Under the pieces are notes generated by a model. It made no database searches. It had not been told where the DNA came from and saw nothing but the letters and a program-made list of their open reading frames with translations. A stretch of DNA of 58,184 bases, the filler included, from Stramenopiles sp. TOSAG23-2 (Eukaryota), in NCBI GenBank assembly GCA_900128395.1. It is 4 parts of 4 records of this genome, joined end to end, with 100 filler letters (N's around TTAATTAATTAA, not from the genome) between each part and the next. Parts side by side here need not be neighbours in the genome. Positions count along the whole stretch, not along the records: positions 1 to 14,519 come from LT649755.1; positions 14,620 to 29,102 come from LT649756.1; 2 more parts are not named here. One strand, 5' to 3'. Shown piece after piece: positions 11,657-22,200 of the stretch; within the stretch, counting starts at the first letter, position 1; the number at the start of each line of letters is the position of its first letter. Made by a program: the position numbers and the translations under genes.

Positions 11657-11892
11657 GTGGGAGATTTAATGACACAAGGCATATCCTTTCAATTTTAATA
11701 TAGTACTTAGTCAAAAACAAGAGAAATCAAAACACACACACACATATTTAAAAAGGAGAGTGCGTGGTATAATAAAATTGTACAAAATAAATGTTTTTGT
11801 CTTTCTCAGAAAAAATAAATTTATATTTAAATTACATTTTTAATATTAAATCCATAGTCCCTCTTCTGTAATAACGTTGCAGCCGACATGAA

Positions 11893-12879
11893 TCAACCCA
11901 ATGCAACATCCATTACCATCATAACTATAAAACCCGTCATAAATCCAACACTGCTATATTTCGTATTACCACTTTCACTCACTTCTGGTATTAAATCATC
12001 TACGACAACATATATCATAGCACCTGCAGCAAATGATAACGCATATGGTAAAACTGGATTAGCATATTTAATCAAAACCGCACCAAGGACACCAGCAATA
12101 GGTTCAACCATACCACTTGCTTGACCCCACATAAAACTTTTCCACATTGGCATACCTTCACGATATAATGGTAACGATACTGCTAATCCTTCTGGAAAAT
12201 TTTGTAACCCAATTCCCCATGCTAGAGTAATGGCGCTACCCAAGCTCATTCCGCCATTTGTACCAACAGAACCAAACCCAACTCCAACAGCAAGACCTTC
12301 TGGGAAATTATGAACCGTAATAGCAACTACCAACAACATAATACGCTTGAAGCTTCTTATACGTTTTTCACTCATCTTTTCCACTTGTTTGTTATTTTTC
12401 TCGCTTTCATCCTCATTATCGCCATTTTTTTTGCCACGACGTTTTCTTGTGCCACTTTTTGGTGTCTTGGAACGTTTTTTTGGTGATTTTTTTTTCGGTG
12501 TTTTTTTTTTACCATTATTATTATTATTATTATTCATTTCCAACGCATTCCTTACATCAGCTGCATTTTCAGGTAATATTTTTTCTGCTAATGCTATACC
12601 TATTCCACCTAATGCAAATCCAACAGCCGCAGGAAACCAAGTCCATTCATAATTTAATTCCTCTGATTTTTCTATGCATGGCGCTAACAAAGACCAATAT
12701 GATGCAGCCACCATCACACCACCAGCAAAACCTAATGAACCATCCAATAAATTCCTATGATCACCTTTTGGTATCAAAAATACTAATGCTGCACCAAGTG
12801 CAGTTAAACCCCACGTTAATAATGTACCTAAGAACGCATTGTATATTGGGTCGTTGTTTTCATCAAATGGCGGAAACAT
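11893..12879 (-). CDS. ZIP-family (ZIP11/GufA-like) zinc transporter
   Basis: HNFPEGLAVGVGFG and GIGLQNFPEGLAVSLPL metal-site motifs, hydrophobic helices; start taken at 12879 because the upstream ATG (12993) lies in an exact 114-bp tandem duplicate. Confidence 0.92.
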   Translation of the reverse strand: MFPPFDENNDPIYNAFLGTLLTWGLTALGAALVFLIPKGDHRNLLDGSLGFAGGVMVAASYWSLLAPCIEKSEELNYEWTWFPAAVGFALGGIGIALAEKILPENAADVRNALEMNNNNNNNGKKKTPKKKSPKKRSKTPKSGTRKRRGKKNGDNEDESEKNNKQVEKMSEKRIRSFKRIMLLVVAITVHNFPEGLAVGVGFGSVGTNGGMSLGSAITLAWGIGLQNFPEGLAVSLPLYREGMPMWKSFMWGQASGMVEPIAGVLGAVLIKYANPVLPYALSFAAGAMIYVVVDDLIPEVSESGNTKYSSVGFMTGFIVMMVMDVALG

Positions 12880-13043
12880 ATTTATAAATTCACGGTAGAA
12901 TGTAGAGATTGTATATACGTATATGCTATTTAATAATGTACCTAAGAACGCATTGTATATTGGGTCGTTGTTTTCATCAAATGGCGGAAACATATTTATA
13001 AATTCACGGTAGAATGTAGAGATTGTATATACGTATATGCTAT
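12816..13043. repeat. Exact 114-bp tandem duplication over the ZIP start codon
   Basis: 12816-12929 equals 12930-13043. Confidence 0.9.
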
Positions 13044-13685
13044 ATACTAACTATACGAGAGTGAATGAAAAGGAGAGGGACTTAAATAAACAAATTGATT
13101 TTTGTATTTTTTTATTTGAAATTTCTAATAATTAATTATTTTTTGGTTGTTTTTTTGAATTTGCCATTATGTAACTATAAAATTGGTACAGATGTATTTA
13201 TGATAAGCCCTTCTCTCAAGTACAAAAAATACCTAATCTGGCCTATCAAATATATCAAACAAATTCAAAAAAACTTCATAGGGACCATTTTCACGACAAT
13301 ATCAATTAACAAAAAATCTCCATACTTAAGTTTTAAGTATATTGCCAAAATTATGTAAATTAGACTACCAACTTTATACTACATTTCTCTAACACCTCAA
13401 ACACGAATATTTTTGCTAATTTTATTTTCATTTTTAAAAGTTCCGCCAAAGTGGGTACGAAAATTGAGAAATTTCATCAGATATATAAAATTTGCATTAC
13501 GTCTCCAAACATCATTTCCAACATTTTCACCCCATATAAACTTCCACATCCGTACTTTATATATATAACTTGTATCTCTAAACTCCAACCAAAATAAATA
13601 TTACATTTACATGAAACGCTAGACCCAAAGTGAATTTTCATCAAAAAATGCTCATTTTTTGACACTTTTATTAAGGTTTTACAAG

Positions 13686-14001
13686 CCTATTCCATAGTAA
13701 GGGTACTTTGACATGCAATTGAAACGTCGTTAGTAAAGTAGGTTCCTGAAACTCAGTTGTCATCAACTTACTCTTAAGTTTGACTCTATACATGTAAAAA
13801 AGTGATTCTAACCTACTTTTGTATCAATATTTTGATTGACTTAACCTATTCCATAGTAATGGTACTTTGACATGCAATTGAAACGTCGTTAGTAAAGTAT
13901 CTTCCTGACACTCAGTTGTCATCAACTTACTCTTAAGTTTGGTTCTATACATGTATAAATGAGAATCGAACCTACTTTTGTATTAATATTTTGATGGACT
14001 T
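13686..14001. repeat. Diverged ~159-bp tandem repeat (2 copies) in a non-coding scaffold end
   Basis: cctattccatagtaa.ggtactttgacatgcaattgaaacgtcg... at 13686 and 13845, with scattered substitutions and small indels. Confidence 0.85.
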
Positions 14002-14519
14002 GATATATATTGTGTCAACTATACCCTATTTTGCATGACATTCTCATGTGGCTGAAAAAGGCCAAGAATTCCAAGTCGATTTTGAATCACAACAATTCTA
14101 AATGGACCTAGAAATCTTCATTTTGAACATGCAACATAAAAAATTTTGATAAAATGTCGTAGTTTCTATGTCATAGGTGATATATTTAACTTTTCTCCGA
14201 GAGTTTACATGTATAATTATGTTTTTAAAGAAAAGTGCTGAAAAAAAANNNNNNNNNNNNNNNNNNNNNNNNNNNNNNNNNNNNNNNNNNNNNNNNNNNN
14301 NNNNNNNNNNNNNNNNNNNNNNNNNNNNNNNNNNNACGTTAGCATGGAGTTAGTATTAGAGCACTTTTTCATCGAAATGGTGAAAATCATGAAAGGTTGA
14401 AAACTTTCATTGAAGATATTCAAATTAGACCTTGAAACGTTGCATATCCGTTACTTATTACATACACATTGACTGTAGGTCGTGGTCTGGGGAGTTTCAC
14501 AGCAGAACCATGCTTACTA

Positions 14520-14619
14520 NNNNNNNNNNNNNNNNNNNNNNNNNNNNNNNNNNNNNNNNNNNNTTAATTAATTAANNNNNNNNNNNNNNNNNNNNNNNNN
14601 NNNNNNNNNNNNNNNNNNN
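14520..14619. other. Artificial contig linker N44-TTAATTAATTAA-N44
   Basis: Six-frame stop spacer at 14564-14575 embedded in Ns; 100 bp total. Confidence 0.95.
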
Positions 14620-15444
14620 CTCAAGACTAGCTAATTCTTTATTTGCTTCTTCTACACCAGATTTCTTATTATCCGTATCTGAATCGCTGTATGTTCCATC
14701 GCTCGTATAGGAATTATATGTTGCTGAAGACATTTTCTTCTTGTTGTTGATGTTATTGTTTGTGTATGTATGATTGTATCGAATTATTATTATTATTATA
14801 TCTTTGTCCCTCAATCTCTCTTCTAATTTGATCTGGTTTTAAATATGCCCGCTAAAATGTAAATCACATATATATATACATATATATGGCATCTATTTAA
14901 TATATTATTAGAACAATTAGCAAAGTGCCAAAATAAATATAAATATATAAATAAACAATAAATATTTGTCTAATAATAATAATAATCTATTATAATAATA
15001 GTAATTTATTATTTATTATTATTATATTTATTATAACCAACTGTCATTCTGGCATTCATCACGCATCCCAACTCCAAGTCTTTACTATTGTTGTATTGTG
15101 TGTATAGTGCTATACGGATATCATGATATATCATAATGTATGATTAGCTAGAGCTAGCTAGCTGGGCTAGAGCTACCACCACACAGCATTTGTATGGAAT
15201 TTTGATGCAATAAAATAAACCGGTACACTATTGTGTTTTTTGATGTAAAAATGTTAAAACAAATTTAAAATGACAAAAAAAAGAGGAACGAGGAACATGA
15301 GTGAAAAAAAGGGGACAATGAAGACAATTTTAACAAATTAATACTAAAAATGCAGATTTATTACTTGCCTGTATATTATATTGATTAGATCATATATACT
15401 AATATACATATATATTATAGATATATATATATATACAACAGAAG

Positions 15445-17529
15445 ATGGTCATTATGTATAAGATGGTACAAATGATAACATGTTTGTTACTTTTATCTTT
15501 GATGTTAATGCAAACAACAAATAGTACAACATTACGAGCTTCTTCAGGTGCATCTGGACCTTCAGACCCCGATATTGTCCCAGTAGCAAAATTAGAAAAA
15601 GATGTAGCAGCTGAAGATAAATTAGCAGATGATGCTGCAAAGAAACTACGTTCTGATAAAGAAAAATTGAAAGCAGCAAAGACGGATTTAGCACAACAAT
15701 TGGCCGAAGCAGCAAAAGCTACGGAGGAAACTCATGGTGCAGCGGAAAATGCTTTAGACCCGAAATTTGATAAAATGTTAAACGGCACCATGGTGGAGAC
15801 AAAACAAGCAAAAGATGCATTAAAATTGGTTAAAAAATTATCTGAAAACATGACTTTGGAACAATTAGATGCCATGTCATTAAAAAAAGAAGATGCAAAA
15901 TTCAGAGAAGCGGAATTAGAACGATGTGCAATGAACGTAGCGCGATTAAAAATGAAATTCAACAATGTTACACACGCTGTTAAATTACAAAAACAGTTAA
16001 GTGTTATTGCTACACAAAGTTTACAACGTGCTTTGCACAGAGCTAACCAAGCAAATAAAAATGCACGCAATGCTCCACATATTGAGACGGCTACGATTGC
16101 TGTTCAACTGGAACGCGCACAAAATGCAACGAAACGTGCACGCGTATTCTATATTGAATTGAAGAAACGAACTGCATTGACAAAACAAGCTGAAAAAGCA
16201 ATGGCTGCAATGAAAGAACGTGTGGAAGACCAAAAAGCACAATGTTCTGGTTTTGGTAAAAATTTAAAGCAAAAGAAAACGGAAGAGGTAGATGGTGGAG
16301 TTGATGCTATGCCAGCACCAGAGGAGATTAAAAAAGACCCAAAAAAGTTGCCACCATGGTTTCAATCCTTTTTAAAGAAGAATGGATGGAAAGGGCCGAA
16401 TGAAAAGAAAGTTAATAGTCAAAAAAATGGAGGCACAAACATTGCATTTGTTGGTAAAGATGGAAAGAAAAAAATCTTAACTGATGCAAAACTTACAGTT
16501 TCTTTGCATATTAAACCTGTTCAAGGTAGCAAACAAGAAGCTGCAGCAACTGGTGCATCATCCGCTGCAACTGGTAGCGACGATGGGGATGAAGATGGTG
16601 ATAGTAAGACTGGAAGCGCTGCGTCTGGAAGTGCAACAGGTAGTGACAATAATAATGATGAAGATGGTGATGATGATGAAAATAAATCTGATGAAAAAGA
16701 AGCAAAAGAAGATTCCTCATCATCTGGTCCATCTGATGATTATAATAGGGACACTGCAACTGGTAGCGCTGCAAGTGGTGCAACCGGTAGTAGCAAACGT
16801 AGAAAAAAAACTGCAGCAAGTGGCGCAACTGGATCCAGTACAGGTAGTGCAACTGGCAGCAGTGCTAGCGGTGCAACTGGTGATGATAGTAATAGTAATA
16901 GTGAAGTAAAGAAAGTATCCACAAAACAATCTAAAGTTGATACTGAATTAAAAGAGGCAAATAAAGAATTAATTGGTTTAGAAAAGAAATTAAAAATGCC
17001 TGTTGAGAAAGCAAATAAAGAACCAACGTCAGAGGATGATAAGAAATCTGGTTTAGAAGAAGCAAATAAAGAATTAGCTAGTCTTGAGAAACAGTTAAAA
17101 ATGCCAGTTGAGAAAGCAAATAAAGAACCAACGTCAGAGGATGATAAGAAATCTGGTGTAGAAGAAGCAAATAAAGAATTAGCTAGTCTTGAGAAAAAGT
17201 TAAAAATGCCAGTTGAAAAAGAGCCACCAAGTGGTAAAGTCACTCCACAAAAAGAAACATCAAAAGGAGATGATCAAAACGATAAGAAAGCAGCAGCACC
17301 TGCTCCTAAAAAAGAGGAAGAGGAAGAGGAAAAACCATTGCCAAAAGCACCAAAAGCTGATAAAAAAGCAATTAGCGAAGAAGATAAAGAAGCAGTATTA
17401 CAGGAAGGGACAAAAACAAATGCAATTGAAGGCACTACCATTAAACCGAAAGTTGTTAAACAAGGTACTTTACAGAAAAATCCTTGTGGATGTTATGCTA
17501 TGCCTCATTGCGCTTGTGACAAGAGATAA
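15445..17529 (+). CDS. Secreted/surface low-complexity protein (coiled coil, ATGS repeats, 40-aa tandem repeats, Cys-rich tail), function unknown
   Basis: 694 aa ORF; hydrophobic signal peptide, ASGATGS repeats, ~120-bp repeats encoding KKSGxEEANKELASLEKxLKMPVEK, terminal CGCYAMPHCAC. Confidence 0.75.
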   Translation: MVIMYKMVQMITCLLLLSLMLMQTTNSTTLRASSGASGPSDPDIVPVAKLEKDVAAEDKLADDAAKKLRSDKEKLKAAKTDLAQQLAEAAKATEETHGAAENALDPKFDKMLNGTMVETKQAKDALKLVKKLSENMTLEQLDAMSLKKEDAKFREAELERCAMNVARLKMKFNNVTHAVKLQKQLSVIATQSLQRALHRANQANKNARNAPHIETATIAVQLERAQNATKRARVFYIELKKRTALTKQAEKAMAAMKERVEDQKAQCSGFGKNLKQKKTEEVDGGVDAMPAPEEIKKDPKKLPPWFQSFLKKNGWKGPNEKKVNSQKNGGTNIAFVGKDGKKKILTDAKLTVSLHIKPVQGSKQEAAATGASSAATGSDDGDEDGDSKTGSAASGSATGSDNNNDEDGDDDENKSDEKEAKEDSSSSGPSDDYNRDTATGSAASGATGSSKRRKKTAASGATGSSTGSATGSSASGATGDDSNSNSEVKKVSTKQSKVDTELKEANKELIGLEKKLKMPVEKANKEPTSEDDKKSGLEEANKELASLEKQLKMPVEKANKEPTSEDDKKSGVEEANKELASLEKKLKMPVEKEPPSGKVTPQKETSKGDDQNDKKAAAPAPKKEEEEEEKPLPKAPKADKKAISEEDKEAVLQEGTKTNAIEGTTIKPKVVKQGTLQKNPCGCYAMPHCACDKR

Positions 17530-18204
17530 AAAAAGTAAAATATTTTTTATATTAATATCATACGCTCGTATATTTTTCAAAATATTTTAAATTTTATTCA
17601 CAAATGTTTTTTATAATTAAAAATAAATTAATATAATTTTACTAAAAAATTATTTACCATATGAGAAGTAAAACTAATTATAACTTTACGTAGATTTTAA
17701 CCAATTACACTTATATGCATATTTAAATAATTACGAACCATAAAAAGAGAAGATATATTATGATAATAAACGCAAGTTTTTCTACACTAAACGAGGGGTA
17801 TCTAAGATCTCTCTTTCAAGGATCTAGGAACTGCCAATGATTTATAGTAATATACATGCAACAACAACTTTTGTACATCAGCAGTATTCAAATACATTTT
17901 TGGTACACGTATTTTTCACCCCTCTTCACACAGTTTTTGACAGGTTCTCGTACATACATATATATATAGAAAGACTTTTTCTTTGGTTCAAAAAGATTTT
18001 TTATAACTGCATATATCAGTAAATTACAATAATAAAAAAAAATAATAAAAATATTTTATTATAAATTATCATGTTATAAGAGTATTTTAAATACCGCACA
18101 GAGCCTAACTCTTAATAGACTAAACACTCTCTAATAACAAACTCATAAAATGATAAAGCAAATATCTAACTGCTAATGTGTATATGCTATAGCTATATTT
18201 CTTT

Positions 18205-18864
18205 TTATTTATTACGTAATGCTCTTCTTTCACCTCTTTGTGTAGCAACGAAACCTTTCGATATTGTTGCTACAGTTCTCCTAGCTCCACATGAATTACA
18301 TTCTACAAAAAATAAACGTGAGGCTTGTTCTTTAACTAAATTTGTATCTGGTGATTTGCACATTTTGCATGTAACGTATTCACCGATGTATTTTTTCAAT
18401 AAAGATTCAATTTTCTTAGGGACAAATGTACCTTTGAAGATTAAACGTGCATTACCATCAGTAGATCCAGTTGTACCAAGTTCAGTAATAAAATATTGAT
18501 ATACATGGTCTGGTTTACGTTTAATAGTTTCACAAATTTCTGGAAAGTTCACCCACATACATTTTCTGGTACCAATTCTCATAATTTGTGGCGGCTTCAA
18601 CTTGTACCGCTTCCTAGCCATCAATTCAGGATTCTTCTCTTTCAAACTAGAATATATCCTGGTCAACATGGTTTCATATGAATATAAACCAGCTGCACTA
18701 TCACTATCATTTGGACTACCACCGACTGCACCACCTTTATCTTTGGATTTTTTCTTATCTTTCTTTTTCTTTTTTTTCTTCTTTTTTTTCGCCATCGATG
18801 CGAACATGTCCGTCATGTCCACATCTTGTATTTCTTCTAACGTTGCTGCTGGTTGTTCTGCCAT
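18205..18864 (-). CDS. EIF2S2: Eukaryotic translation initiation factor 2 beta subunit
   Basis: Lys block, YSYETMLTRIY, FITELGTTGSTDG, C2-C2 zinc finger YVTCKMCKSPDT...CNSCGARRTV. Confidence 0.93.
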   Translation of the reverse strand: MAEQPAATLEEIQDVDMTDMFASMAKKKKKKKKKKDKKKSKDKGGAVGGSPNDSDSAAGLYSYETMLTRIYSSLKEKNPELMARKRYKLKPPQIMRIGTRKCMWVNFPEICETIKRKPDHVYQYFITELGTTGSTDGNARLIFKGTFVPKKIESLLKKYIGEYVTCKMCKSPDTNLVKEQASRLFFVECNSCGARRTVATISKGFVATQRGERRALRNK

Positions 18865-19271
18865 TTTAAAAAATGATCTTTTACTGAGAAATATAACAAT
18901 TATTTAATCAAATGACTACTAGTGACAACTATTACGTCCATTGACAATCTATATATTTCATCAATCTATTTTGAATGATAAGTAATTTCTGGTGGTGGTG
19001 GATGAGGACGACATTCCCTTTGCTGTGTAGTGCCTTTGAACCGAAAAAGTGAAAAATAGCAGACGAAGACCAGTAAGAGTTTTTAATGGTTGTTTAGATG
19101 CCATTTATATTTTTTAAGGTAGAATCCAATATAGGCAAAATATATGTTCAAAGTACAACGTAAACGTATTTGTTTACACTGTTTATATTCTGAATTCTAA
19201 AAATTATAATTTCAATAATAATTAGTATAATTCTAGAATAATAGAATGACTAGGTATTCCCACCTCAAAAC

Positions 19272-22200
19272 TCAAAAACTCACTGGTGAACTCTGGGGAC
19301 TCGAACTTTTTGATTTTTTTGGAGTTACTGGAAGTTCATTCTTTGGTTCCTTAAACGTTTTTTTATTACTAGAGTTTTTATCTAATTTTGTTGATGATTG
19401 TGGACTTGTCGGTCGACTATTTCTTGAGCCTCGACTACTTCGTCTACTTGGAGTTTTGCTACGTTTACCATCTATATCTCGATCAGAGGCACTATCTCCA
19501 GGAACATGAGACCATGCATTACCCATATCAGATTCCTTTACCTTTGATAAAACACCTTTGATCATATTTTCAAACTCTGGGAATGTTAAATCTTGAATAA
19601 CTACTAAATGTTCCACTGGCAACGTGTGATCTAAGCGATCACGCCAAACTTTAACTCGATATTTATGCATAACGTTTTGTGCCAAAGTTATTTCTTCTAG
19701 ATTATCCTTGTTTTCTGAGGTTTTCGCTTCAATCGGTACAGGTGACATTCCAGAACTGAATGAAATTTCAACACGATATCGATTATTATTCAGCTCTTCA
19801 TCATCAAGATCATCATCATCAAGTCCGTCATCATCATCATCTTCATTATTATTCTCACGAACTTCTTCACCATTCATATAGTTGTTTGAAGCGCTATTAG
19901 CTCCATCGTGTTGCTCCTCATTAGTATTTTCTTCAGCGTTTGAGTTGCCATTCATATTGTCATTATTTAATTCATTTGATAAATTCCTTGTAGCACCTTC
20001 TTGTTCAAGTTGTCTTTGCTCTACTTCTTCATCATCAAACTCTTCATCGTCTTCTTCTTCTTCTTCTTCATCATCATCATCATCAAGAATTTCATATAAT
20101 CTAATAACAATATGAGTTAAATAATTTAATTCAGCACTCGAAGATAAAAATTTACGCGCTTCCTCGGATAATGGAACATTTCCATGCCTATCAGACACAT
20201 TACCACTAATGTCATCTGATAAGTCGACTAAGTTATCTACCATAGCACCAAATCGGAGTACATTCAACACCGCATGTACATGCGACTCGCTTGTAAAATA
20301 CAATCTTGTACGCACGTGTCGGGAGAGACTTCTAATATTTAATTCGCTCATGTAGCTAGAATCTAACCGGTATACCGTTTCATGTTTAAATTCCGATCCT
20401 AAAGTAGCAGATGCAGCTAAATCAGCAATTATTTTACGCAGTAAACGTTGAGAAATTTTCGCACCAATGCCAATCTTTTCAGGTAATTGGCATCCATATT
20501 CTTGCGGGATAACAACATCTGCAAGCGCTTTTGCAAGCACGTATAGATCTGGTACCCCTTTAATATCCAATACAACGGCATGGTTATGCAACACGTCATA
20601 TTTAATACAATCGTATATATCAGGAATTTTGGATATATCCCATTTGATGCTTCCATCTTTTTTGCTTATTTTTTTTACCAAGTCATTCTCTAATTTTTGC
20701 CACCTCATTTTAATTAATTCGATCTCTTCGCCCCATTCATCAATATTAATTTCGATCGGAGTTACACCCGGCTTTTGTGAGGATTTTTTCGATGATGACC
20801 CACTGCGATTAAGGCGCTGTTTACGTTGATTGTTGACAATGTTAAGGACTTCAAGATCGGTTCCAACTGGAACATCTACAGATACGCTGCCGTTGTCATT
20901 TGCTCTTGAATTATTTGCCAAGCTATTGCTTATATGCTCCAAGGATGATGTAAATGACTTGATCAAGTTATACAACCTATGCAATGCATCATTCATATTC
21001 CCTAGAAAATCTAGTGCAGCTAAGACAGAATCGGATTTCGTTGGAGCAATTGCCACCTTTAACTCCGCAAGGGACATCTTTGCAGAAATATTTTTATGAA
21101 GTGACTTCTTTACCTGTTTCATATGACCAGATGCAGCGCTGGAATCATCTAATAAATCTGTGACATGCTCATCAGCTCGCACAAGACTGGTTATTATAGG
21201 TGGTAATGGACCTTCTAAATTCAAAAAACCTTTTGCAAATGCAGCAGCTGTTGTCACCACGCGCCCTTCATCACTGCTGTAAATTTTTAAGTCATGCCGA
21301 AATGTTGAGTGCAAACGCAACAATCCCGCGTTTTCACCAGGGTACAATTGGTTCCTACACCATACACCTAGTCTCTCGGCTTGTTTTCTACCTCGCGATG
21401 TTAAAACTCCACCCCATTTCACAATAACTTCGACTTTTGTTACTTCTTCTGTAAGTGCAATTGTCACTTTATTATTTGTATCATCATCTTTCATTTCCCA
21501 ACTATTACCACTTTTTGGTGGTTTTGGGGAAATGTTTAGATTTGCATTTTGTACAATATTTAATGAACTAAGTCGTGATATCGACGGCAATGATTGGAAT
21601 TGTTGTTCCTGGGTTGCGTTTTTCTCTTCATCAGTATTTCTATTTGGTGACGTACTGTTGTCCCGTTGTAAGTGACTCCTTTTAAATGCGCCATAGTTAC
21701 CACCATTTGAAACGGCGGGAGCTGGTAACCGGACTGGGGAAAGCGGTATGTTTTTATTATTATTATCTTTATTATATAGTAAAGGGCTATTAAAGGCATT
21801 AGTAATTGGCGAACATTCTTCATCCACGTTGCTAAGATTAATTTTTTTCCACTCCATCGGTTTAATTTGAACTTTACGATTAATACCAGAAAAAGAACCA
21901 CCACGATTTAATGCTCTTAATAAATTTGTCAGACTTTCGATTTCCTTTTCCACATCTTCCATATCATCATCTTGATTAATATTATCATCGCTACTGCCAT
22001 TACTTTTATCGTTGCCCATATTATTTCCTTTTTTTAACTCAACTAATATAGATTCAGCTGTTTTTACAACAGTTTGTAATTCAATAGAACTTTTCAATTT
22101 CAATTCATCTCGTGGAGAAGTTGCAAATTGTTTATGGAGTGATATCCATTGCGCGTTTTTCGTTTTGATTTTCAATTTTTCCTTCGGTGTACGATCACCA

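Noticed and set aside
12880..12993. 38-aa N-terminal duplication in the ZIP transporter ORF
   Set aside because: Produced by the exact 114-bp tandem duplicate, which includes upstream non-coding sequence; probably an artefact
14564..14575. TTAATTAATTAA as a biological motif (e.g. piggyBac TTAA site)
   Set aside because: Embedded symmetrically in Ns three times; synthetic linker
16950..17220. 120-bp repeats as a CRISPR-like or mobile array
   Set aside because: In-frame coding repeats with no unique spacers
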